64,000 nt of DNA from an uncultured Gammaproteobacteria bacterium. Its GTDB lineage: Bacteria; Patescibacteriota; Microgenomatia; Daviesbacterales; UBA10151. Position 1 is the first letter of the stretch. Each line of letters starts with the position of its first letter. Positions 49,375 to 57,195 of the stretch are shown one piece after another. Below the pieces are notes generated by a model, which saw only the letters and a program-made list of their open reading frames with translations, made no database searches and was not told where the DNA came from. The stretch covers positions 13,585-77,584 of the forward strand of contig CAZAZW010000003.1 of assembly GCA_964489875.1 (NCBI GenBank). Direction: 5' to 3'. The position numbers were made by a program, and so were the translations under genes.

Positions 49375-50856
49375 ATGGCTACAAAAGTACATTTTTTGGG
49401 TATTGGAGGCTCAGGCGCTTCAGGGGCAGCGGCTATTACGGAGGCTCAAGGCTTTGAGATCACCGGCTGTGACCTGGAACCCAACAATGAATTTACCACT
49501 ATTTTCAAACCAGACCAACTCCTCGTTGGACATTCCCCAGATCACATATTCCGTCATTGCGATCCGGCGAAGCCGGAGAAGCAATCTAGTTTGGAAGATA
49601 ACCCTACCAAGATTGCTTCGTCGCCTACGGCTCCTCGCAATGACGATGAGAATAACCATAACGATAGAACAATAGATATTCTGGCAGTCACTCCGGCCAT
49701 TTTTTCTTTAGACCCCAGTAACCCTGAACTTTTGGCAGCCAAAGAAAAAGGCATACCAGTAATTACCTGGCAACAATTTGTTGGTCAGTATCTGACCAAA
49801 GACAAATTTGTCATTGCCATTTGCGGCACCCACGGCAAAACCACTACCACAGCCATTATTGGCCAGTTATTAGAAGATGCCGGGATGGACCCGACAGTAC
49901 TTCTTGGAGCCATCGTCCCCAAATGGGGCACAAACTATCGCATACCTCGACAAAAAGTTCACGATCGTGAATATTTTGTCATAGAGGCAGACGAGTTTAA
50001 TGATAACTTTCTACCTACCAAACCTGATATTGCAGTAGTCACTAATATCGAAATGGACCACCCGGAATATTTTAAAGACTTTGAGACGGTTAAAGATAGC
50101 TTTAAAAGGTTTTTACTACAAACCAAACAAGCTGTGGTAGCTAACATGACTGACCCAGGAGTAGCTGAAGTTATGAAAGTAGTGATGAAAACGCCACATC
50201 AAATTTCCTCCGGCCGTGGGATATTTGAAACATATTTAGATTATTCCAGGAATGAACTGGGCATAAACTTACAGGTCCCCGGGGAATTTAATCGGTTAAA
50301 TGCCAAAGCTGCCATGGCGGTAGGGCTCTTGCTGGGAATAAAACCAGACACTATTAAAAAAAGTCTGGCAAACTTTACAGGAGCAAGCAGAAGGTTTGAA
50401 TATATCGGAGAATTTAATGGTGCAAAAGTTTATTCTGATTTTGGCCACCATCCGACGGAAATCGAAAAAACTATGGAAGCAGTTAGAGAAAAGTTTCCTA
50501 AGGAACGAATTTTACTGGTTTACCAACCACATATGTTTTCCAGAACCAAGGCTCTATTTAATGATTTTGTAAAAGTATTCCAAGATATTGCGGCTGATAA
50601 GCAAAGCTTGAAATTCTCGCAACGCTCGAATTTTAAAACTTTTATCCTGGATATTTACGCATCAAGGGAAGTGGATACTGGCTTAGTAACCAGCAAACAG
50701 CTTGTAGAAACCATTAACAAACCATCCGTATCATACCTGGGAGCTGTCCCAGGTTCCCTGGAAAAAATTAAGCCGGAAATTAAATCAGGGGATATTGTCT
50801 TTTTTATGAGCGCCGGAGATACTGATAAATTAGCTAAAGAACTAGTGGATTCCTAA
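49375..50856 (+). CDS. murC: UDP-N-acetylmuramate--L-alanine ligase
   Basis: VHFLGIGGSGASGAA, ICGTHGKTTTTAIIG, and a Mur ligase C-terminal domain. Confidence 0.9.
   Translation: MATKVHFLGIGGSGASGAAAITEAQGFEITGCDLEPNNEFTTIFKPDQLLVGHSPDHIFRHCDPAKPEKQSSLEDNPTKIASSPTAPRNDDENNHNDRTIDILAVTPAIFSLDPSNPELLAAKEKGIPVITWQQFVGQYLTKDKFVIAICGTHGKTTTTAIIGQLLEDAGMDPTVLLGAIVPKWGTNYRIPRQKVHDREYFVIEADEFNDNFLPTKPDIAVVTNIEMDHPEYFKDFETVKDSFKRFLLQTKQAVVANMTDPGVAEVMKVVMKTPHQISSGRGIFETYLDYSRNELGINLQVPGEFNRLNAKAAMAVGLLLGIKPDTIKKSLANFTGASRRFEYIGEFNGAKVYSDFGHHPTEIEKTMEAVREKFPKERILLVYQPHMFSRTKALFNDFVKVFQDIAADKQSLKFSQRSNFKTFILDIYASREVDTGLVTSKQLVETINKPSVSYLGAVPGSLEKIKPEIKSGDIVFFMSAGDTDKLAKELVDS
49553..49644. repeat. 92-bp GTCATTGCGA...TCGCAATGAC element inside murC
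   Basis: Perfect 10-bp terminal inverted repeat, inner agcaatct/agattgct inverted repeat, and a ccgg-cgaag-ccgg hairpin. Confidence 0.8.
50211..50232. repeat. 22-nt exact repeat inside murC (other copy at 6125..6146)
   Basis: cggccgtgggatatttgaaaca, encoding SGRGIFET. Confidence 0.8.
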
Positions 50857-53331
50857 CTTTTTAACCCAATCCTTAAACTGGTTTCCCCGATCTTCATAAT
50901 CCTTAAATAAATTAAAACTGGTTGAAGCAGGGGAAAGGAGGCAAATTTTTCCTGACTTAGTTTGCGCAAAAGCAATTTTTACAGCTTTTCCCATATCCGA
51001 AACATCAAACTTCTTGGGCAGTTTCTTGGAATATTTACAAACGGAATTCCAGATTTTTATTCCCGTATCCGGGAAGAGTATTAAAGTTTTAATATTAGAT
51101 TTTGCAATAGCCTCTCCCAGAAAGGAATAATTCAAACCTCGATCAAATCCACCGGCAATTAAAGTTTCCACATTTTCACCCAAAGCAGTCAGTGCCGCTG
51201 CAGTGGCTTGAGGGATAGTAGAAAGCGAATCATTATAGAACCTGATACCTTGAGCTTCTGTTACAAATTCTAATCTATGCGGCAAAGGCTTAAAATTGAT
51301 AATTGCTTCTTCAATTCTATTGTCTGCCACTTTAAATAATCTGCCCACAACTATGGCAGGTACCACATTTAATAAATTAAAATCTCCCAAAAGAGGAATT
51401 GTATCTTTGTGAATTAAATCCAAAACCATTTGCCTGTTCTTTTTGGAAAAGGAGATTTTGTTGGCTTTACTTTCCTCAGCAATCACTCTCAGCTCAGGAA
51501 TTTCTTGATTATAAATTAAATAATCTTCCTTCGTTTGAAACTTGGTGATATTATTTTTTGCCCTGATATAAAAAGGAAAATCTTTGTGATGATCTAGATG
51601 CTCAGGATAAATATTAGTCATTACGCCGATATGGGGACTTCTTTCTAAATCTTCTAATTGAAAAGAGGATAGTTCATAAACCACCACTGATTTTTCATTT
51701 AACTGATCCAATAAATCCAAAGCCGGCTTGCCAATATTACCAATTAAATGAACATCTATTCCACCATTTTTCAATACTTCATATATCAAAGAGGCAGTCG
51801 TGCTTTTACCCTTAGTACCGGTTACCCCGATAATTTTCCCTTTAAAATTATCAAAGAAAATCTGTGTAGCAGAGGTAATAATTTTGCCTTGCCTTTTTGC
51901 TTGTTCTATCTCCGGCAGATAGGGAATACCGGGGGATTTTATGATGACATCATAATCTTTTAACTTTTCTAAATAATTCTCTCCATCATTTTTATCAGAG
52001 ATATCAATTTTCTTGCCCGGAAAATGCTTTTCAAAAAACTTTAGAGTTGCTTTACCTTCTCTGCCAAAACCTAAAATCAAAATTTTTTGGAAATATTGTA
52101 AAACTGTGGGGATTTTCTGTTTATCTTTTTTAGCTCTTTCAATCCCTAAAGAAATGGCAGTTTTTATTTCCAGAGCAGTAGCTACACACTCAAATGGTTT
52201 AACTTCATTATTTTCACGAAGCAATCCACGAACCAGTGATATCAAGCTCTCGTCTTCCAGTAGATTCTTACCAAATATTTTCTTAAGTTTGCTTCCCAAA
52301 AAGGGATAGAGCAAAAGATAAGTGGAAACACACTTCGGGCACTTACCACACCATATTCCTTGTTTTGAGCCTTTGTTACAGCTTCTAAATAACTTATGAT
52401 ATTTCTCCATCTTTGAGAACTTTTCACTTATTTGCAATTCACCAAAATTTCTTAAGAAGCTAAAGTAATTGGCAGAGGAAGACAGATAATTCTTAGAGTA
52501 ATCCCTAAAATCCTGCTCAAATTCTGAGGTCTTGGAATATTGGTGATTAATTTCCTGGCCAAGCCAGTCCACATTTCCTTCATTAGAGGAGACTTCATTG
52601 GAAACCACTAGATTTTTGTAATCATATAAGACTCCGGCAAAGGTGGATAGGAAAGCAAGGTATGCAGAAAAAGGGGTGTGGCCGTTCAAATAACCTTGCT
52701 TATTAAGCTCCAGCAACTTGGGGTCTATTATCCTTTTTATTATGATCGGATTTTTACAACCTCCAACTTCTGCAATTTTGATTGCCGCTTCAGTCGGATT
52801 TAAGATTAGACAGTTGAACTCTTTCCCTTTTTGACTGATAGATTCCAGTGTTACAACCGAATCTTTACCACCTCCAATTAAAACCAAATCCCGGTCTTTC
52901 AAGCTGCCATCATATTTAGCTTGCAACCTTTCAGGTTGCCGCACAAACTCAACAATATTTTCTTCAGTAAAATCTATTTTGTTGTTGTAGAAAAATTCTC
53001 CCAAACCTTTTATTAACAGATTCTTCCAAAAGGCAATTTGATTATCACCTAGGGAGCCTGCTTTAATAACAATTTGCGGAGGGCAAGCTACTTTCCAATA
53101 ACTCAATAACTCAATCATGCCCAAATTAAATACCAGATTTTGCAGGACTTCCGGGCCAATTTCATCAAGCCTCTCCATTGAAACATTAGGCAGTATAACT
53201 TCCGGGTTGAATTTAATATCAGGAGCAAGAAGAAAATCAAAAATTATCTTTAAATTTCCCTGCCCAAGCTCAGTTTCATAGCCTTTATAGATAAACCGGC
53301 TATGTTTTTTCCTCAATTCATTAAAATTCAT
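50842..53331 (-). CDS. murD: Fusion protein: N-terminal PP-loop-like domain (about aa 1-415) + UDP-MurNAc-L-Ala--glutamate ligase MurD (about aa 415-829)
   Basis: N-terminal part: LIGGGKDSVVTLE and CGKCPKC. C-terminal part: ILILGFGREGKA and GVTGTKGKSTTASL, with a Mur ligase fold. Confidence 0.8.
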   Translation of the reverse strand: MNFNELRKKHSRFIYKGYETELGQGNLKIIFDFLLAPDIKFNPEVILPNVSMERLDEIGPEVLQNLVFNLGMIELLSYWKVACPPQIVIKAGSLGDNQIAFWKNLLIKGLGEFFYNNKIDFTEENIVEFVRQPERLQAKYDGSLKDRDLVLIGGGKDSVVTLESISQKGKEFNCLILNPTEAAIKIAEVGGCKNPIIIKRIIDPKLLELNKQGYLNGHTPFSAYLAFLSTFAGVLYDYKNLVVSNEVSSNEGNVDWLGQEINHQYSKTSEFEQDFRDYSKNYLSSSANYFSFLRNFGELQISEKFSKMEKYHKLFRSCNKGSKQGIWCGKCPKCVSTYLLLYPFLGSKLKKIFGKNLLEDESLISLVRGLLRENNEVKPFECVATALEIKTAISLGIERAKKDKQKIPTVLQYFQKILILGFGREGKATLKFFEKHFPGKKIDISDKNDGENYLEKLKDYDVIIKSPGIPYLPEIEQAKRQGKIITSATQIFFDNFKGKIIGVTGTKGKSTTASLIYEVLKNGGIDVHLIGNIGKPALDLLDQLNEKSVVVYELSSFQLEDLERSPHIGVMTNIYPEHLDHHKDFPFYIRAKNNITKFQTKEDYLIYNQEIPELRVIAEESKANKISFSKKNRQMVLDLIHKDTIPLLGDFNLLNVVPAIVVGRLFKVADNRIEEAIINFKPLPHRLEFVTEAQGIRFYNDSLSTIPQATAAALTALGENVETLIAGGFDRGLNYSFLGEAIAKSNIKTLILFPDTGIKIWNSVCKYSKKLPKKFDVSDMGKAVKIAFAQTKSGKICLLSPASTSFNLFKDYEDRGNQFKDWVKKLGIH
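52915..52947. repeat. 33-nt hairpin element inside the murD-fusion ORF
   Basis: tttagcttgcaacctttcaggttgccgcacaaa, encoding VRQPERLQAK on the gene strand. Confidence 0.8.
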
Positions 53332-53340
53332 TTATGCCTA

Positions 53341-53346
53341 ATTATA
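53341..53346 (-). promoter_or_regulatory. -10 box TATAAT placed 9 nt upstream of the murD-fusion ATG
   Basis: Minus strand reads aagaTATAATtaggcataaATG. Confidence 0.4.
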
Positions 53347-53386
53347 TCTTTTTAAAGATTCAGATGCTATTAAACTTCTTTTGCGA

Positions 53387-53401
53387 TATAATTTAGCTTC
53401 A
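53387..53401 (+). repeat. 15-nt exact direct repeat TATAATTTAGCTTCA (copy 1, no gene start follows)
   Basis: Identical to 53843..53857. Confidence 0.8.
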
Positions 53402-53426
53402 GAAAAGTTTTTAAAAAACCCTGAAT

Positions 53427-53792
53427 CTAATTCTGAAATGGGGGATAAATGTGGTCCCTAAAAAGAACTAAATCTGTCGATTTCTCTCCTACTCCAAATC
53501 CTCGTATTTTGGCAGTTTCTTCAGCAATAACTTGTTCTGCCCAGCTGCCTTTTTCTTCAATCAGCTTTGTAGCCGACTCCCTCATTTTCTGAGACAAAGC
53601 CACTCCTAGCTGATCAGCTTCTGATAAAGCCCTACCTATCATTTTTATCCCTTTGGCGGCAAATAAATCGTCTATCTCCTCTGCGGCCGACCCTAATGAA
53701 ACTTCACATTTTTCACCAACTTGCACTAATTGGAAACCCCGAATAATTTGGGTCCTAATGATATCCGCTTGTGATAATCTTGGTTTTTCCAT
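53427..53792 (-). CDS. Hypothetical protein
   Basis: 121-aa ORF lying between the two 15-nt direct repeats. Confidence 0.55.
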   Translation of the reverse strand: MEKPRLSQADIIRTQIIRGFQLVQVGEKCEVSLGSAAEEIDDLFAAKGIKMIGRALSEADQLGVALSQKMRESATKLIEEKGSWAEQVIAEETAKIRGFGVGEKSTDLVLFRDHIYPPFQN

Positions 53793-53842
53793 AAAAATAC
53801 CAACAAATTATATCAAATTCGCCTTAAATTAACATTTTAAGG

Positions 53843-53857
53843 TATAATTTAGCTTCA
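53843..53857 (+). promoter_or_regulatory. TATAATTTAGCTTCA (copy 2), a putative alr promoter -10 region ending 4 nt before the ATG
   Basis: ggTATAATttagcttcataaaATG. Confidence 0.5.
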
Positions 53858-53861
53858 TAAA

Positions 53862-55040
53862 ATGATTGATCGCATTTTTAGTTTTTTTCGAAAAAAATAT
53901 CAAACTCTAAATAAAATAGAGATTTCGCGTGATAATTTATTGCACAATTACCGGTACCTTTCTTCACTTGATAGAAGAGTCAGAATTGCTCCGGTGGTAA
54001 AAAGTAACGGCTACGGGCATGGCATTATCAATGTGACCAAAATCCTGGAGTCACTTTACACATCAGACGTGGGCTCATCGCCCAACGATGTGTCAAGTGA
54101 ACTACCATTTCTTTGTGTTGACAGCCTGTTTGAGGCTTATCAGTTACAAAAAGCCAATATCAAAAATGAAATCTTAATAATGGGTTACACAAACCCCGAA
54201 AACTTTAAAATCAAAAAATTACCATTTTCTTTTGTAATTTTTGATTTAGAAACAGCTAAAATTTTGAATGAATTCCAACCTGGCTGCAAGATCCATATTT
54301 TCGTAGATACTGGTATGCACCGTGAAGGGGTAGCAATCGAAGAGCTGCCGGAGTTTTTAGACCAGGCTAAGAAACTATCTAACATCAAAATTGAAGGCCT
54401 GATGTCACACCTAGCCTCATCAGCAGGCCGCAAGGATCTACTGTTTCTGACCCAGATTAAACAGTTCAAAAAAGCAAAAGAAATTCTCAAAAAGCATAAA
54501 GTCAACCCTAAGTGGTTTCACATCGGCGCAACCGGCAGCATCATCAATCCCGAGACCCGACCAATTATAGCTAAAGTTTCTAATCTGGCCCGGGCTGGTT
54601 TAGCTTTATATGGTTTTTCCTCAAGTACCTTTGACAAGAACTTAAAACCAACCTTGAAACTCACAACTAAAATTGTCCAAATAAAAAAAGTTCCAAAAGG
54701 TGAAAAATTAGGTTACGATGGTACATATACTGCCAAAAAAGATATGCTAATCGGAGTTTTACCAATCGGATATTATGATGGAGTAGACCGAAGATTGTCT
54801 AATAAAGGAGTATTCTTGGTAGATAATCATCCCTGCCAGCTACTGGGAAGAGTCAGTATGAATGTGAACATAATAAACTTAGAAGCAGTTCCAAATCCGA
54901 AAGTAGACCAAGAAGTAGTTGTCTATTCCAGCAACCCCAGGGACAAAAATTCAATCAACAGCGGTGCCAAAATCTGCAAAACCATTCCCTATGACCTTTT
55001 GGTAAATTTAGCTGAAACAACCAAAAGAGTAGTAGTTTAA
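53862..55040 (+). CDS. alr: Alanine racemase
   Basis: PVVKSNGYGHG with the PLP lysine, and a full-length fold pattern. Confidence 0.88.
   Translation: MIDRIFSFFRKKYQTLNKIEISRDNLLHNYRYLSSLDRRVRIAPVVKSNGYGHGIINVTKILESLYTSDVGSSPNDVSSELPFLCVDSLFEAYQLQKANIKNEILIMGYTNPENFKIKKLPFSFVIFDLETAKILNEFQPGCKIHIFVDTGMHREGVAIEELPEFLDQAKKLSNIKIEGLMSHLASSAGRKDLLFLTQIKQFKKAKEILKKHKVNPKWFHIGATGSIINPETRPIIAKVSNLARAGLALYGFSSSTFDKNLKPTLKLTTKIVQIKKVPKGEKLGYDGTYTAKKDMLIGVLPIGYYDGVDRRLSNKGVFLVDNHPCQLLGRVSMNVNIINLEAVPNPKVDQEVVVYSSNPRDKNSINSGAKICKTIPYDLLVNLAETTKRVVV
54052..54100. repeat. About 49-bp palindromic segment inside alr
   Basis: cactttacacatc...gatgtgtcaagtg; the arms match at 12/13 positions. It encodes SLYTSDVGSSPNDVSSE. 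Confidence 0.55.
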
Positions 55041-55043
55041 ATT

Positions 55044-55787
55044 ATGTATTCCAATATAAACGGACAAAATATTTATTACCAAAAAACCGGTGCAGGCAAA
55101 GATTTAATTCTGCTGCATGGTTGGGGAGAAAATGTTTCTACTTTCTGGCCGGCAGTGGAGCTGCTAAAAGACATGTTTACTTTATGGTTGATCGACTTGC
55201 CGGGATTTGGCAGATCTGATTTACCATTAAAAGCTTTGGGTAGCAGCGATTTTGCAAAAGTTGTTGCAGAGTTTATTAAGAAAAATAAAATTAGAAAGCC
55301 AGCTATTTTGGGCCATTCTTTTGGCGGCAAAGTTGCTATCAAATTAGCAGCAGAAAACCCAGATTTAATCAGTAAATTAATCCTAGTGGGAGCTTCCGGC
55401 CTGAAGCCGGATCTTTCTTTTCAAGAGTTAATCATTTATCCCTGGGCTAAATTTTTTCACTTTTTGTTCCCTGATATCTTCAATATAAAGAAAATAATCA
55501 GAATTAAATTTTATAGAAAAATAGAATCAGATTATGCAGATGCCGGAGCCATGAAAGACACCCTAATCAAGACTTTAACAGAAGATTTAACTGGTGATTT
55601 GAAAAAGATTAAAGTTGAAACACTGCTGATTTGGGGAGATAAGGATAGAGCAATTCCCTTAAAATACGGAAAAAGAATGTACCAACTGATTAGAAATTCT
55701 AAGCTCACCGTTTTAGAAGGAAAGGGTCATTTTTTACATGCCAATGACCCGGAAAGGTTTAGTTACTATGTCAAAGATTTTGTCTAA
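55044..55787 (+). CDS. Alpha/beta-fold hydrolase
   Basis: LILLHGWG and the nucleophile elbow GHSFGG. Confidence 0.8.
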   Translation: MYSNINGQNIYYQKTGAGKDLILLHGWGENVSTFWPAVELLKDMFTLWLIDLPGFGRSDLPLKALGSSDFAKVVAEFIKKNKIRKPAILGHSFGGKVAIKLAAENPDLISKLILVGASGLKPDLSFQELIIYPWAKFFHFLFPDIFNIKKIIRIKFYRKIESDYADAGAMKDTLIKTLTEDLTGDLKKIKVETLLIWGDKDRAIPLKYGKRMYQLIRNSKLTVLEGKGHFLHANDPERFSYYVKDFV

Positions 55788-57195
55788 AATTTTTCCTATT
55801 ATCGACCATCTTTATATTTACCAAATTTTGGAGTACAAATCCGGGGAATTTTTAATCTGGTTTTTGAAAAACCCTTTCAAAAGAAATTTACAAAAGAAAC
55901 ACAAACTTGAATGGACTCAAAAAGCCAAGCTGCTGGCTTTCTTTGGTATCACATTACTGATTTTAGATTCAGTGATAACCTCTTATCTATTAACCGGCAA
56001 ATTCTGGCTAAGCTTGATTTTGTTACCAGTAAAATCTTTGTATTCACCGCTATTTATAGTAGTTTCCCAAATTTTAATTTCACCTCTGGAATATTATCAA
56101 AAACAAAGAACACTTAGAGCAGCAAAAAAGAAACTATCGAAATTACCTAATTTAAAAATTGTCGCCATCACCGGTTCCTTTGGCAAAACTTCCACCAAAG
56201 ATATCCTCTATACACTGCTTTGGAAAAAATATTTTGTGGTCAAAACTCCCAAAAGCTTTAATACTCCTTTGGGAATTGCCCAAACCATTCTGGAGAACCT
56301 CAAAGAAAATACGGAAGTTTTCATCTGTGAAATCGGCGCCTACAAAAGAGGAGAGATTAAAAATCTGACTAAATTTCTTAATCCAAGAATAGGCATTATC
56401 ACTGCAATCGCCCCGCAGCACCTTGAACGGTTTGGGTCTTTGGAAAATATTGCCAAGGCTAAATTTGAACTGGTAGAAAACCTACCCAAAAACGGAGTTA
56501 CCATCCTAAATAACAAAAGCAATTGGTTACAAAAACTGGCTTCCCACTCGTCAAGTGGGAACGTAATTTTTTATGGAGATGAGAATAATCCATTTTATGC
56601 ATCTAATATCAGAACGGGAATCGTAGGAACTACTTTTCAAATCCACACCCCTAAAGGCCAAACAGAGATTAAGATACCCTTGATAGGAGAACACCATGTT
56701 CAAAATTTCTTAGCAGCTACTGCAGCTGCTCTAGCGTTAGGTTTAACTCTTTTTGAAATTAAAGGAAGGGCAAAATTGTTGTTGCCAACCCCACATAGGA
56801 TGGAGATTAAAAAAATGGGTAATATTATTTTAATTGATAACTCATTTAATACTAATCCAAAATCAGCCGAAGCATCTTTAAGTTTGCTAGCAAGTTTTAA
56901 AGAAAACAGGAAAATTGTTATAACCCCTGGGTTTGTGGAATTAGGGAAAGAAGCTGCTGAAGCAAATCAAGAATTTGGCCACGAAATTCTCTGCTTAGCA
57001 GACGAAGTCATAATTGTTGGAGAAAATGCCAAAAAGGATTTACTAGAAGGCATGAAAGATATTTATCCAAACCCAGAAGAATTCGTCCATTTTGCTAAAA
57101 GCACCCAAGAAGCATTAGTTCTTGCCCAGGAATTAACCCAGGGCATGGAAACAGTAGTACTCCTGGAAAACGACCTGCCAGACCAATATAGTTAA
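55768..57195 (+). CDS. murF: MurF-like Mur ligase with a membrane-spanning N-terminus
   Basis: AITGSFGKTSTKDIL, HVQNFLAATAAALALG, GFVELGKEA. Two predicted TM helices replace the usual N-domain. ATG 55738 is an alternative start. Confidence 0.8.
   Translation: MSKILSKIFPIIDHLYIYQILEYKSGEFLIWFLKNPFKRNLQKKHKLEWTQKAKLLAFFGITLLILDSVITSYLLTGKFWLSLILLPVKSLYSPLFIVVSQILISPLEYYQKQRTLRAAKKKLSKLPNLKIVAITGSFGKTSTKDILYTLLWKKYFVVKTPKSFNTPLGIAQTILENLKENTEVFICEIGAYKRGEIKNLTKFLNPRIGIITAIAPQHLERFGSLENIAKAKFELVENLPKNGVTILNNKSNWLQKLASHSSSGNVIFYGDENNPFYASNIRTGIVGTTFQIHTPKGQTEIKIPLIGEHHVQNFLAATAAALALGLTLFEIKGRAKLLLPTPHRMEIKKMGNIILIDNSFNTNPKSAEASLSLLASFKENRKIVITPGFVELGKEAAEANQEFGHEILCLADEVIIVGENAKKDLLEGMKDIYPNPEEFVHFAKSTQEALVLAQELTQGMETVVLLENDLPDQYS
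56541..56561. repeat. 21-nt hairpin TTCCCACT-CGTCA-AGTGGGAA inside murF (reverse complement of 46031..46051)
   Basis: ttcccactcgtcaagtgggaa, encoding SHSSSGN. Confidence 0.85.
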
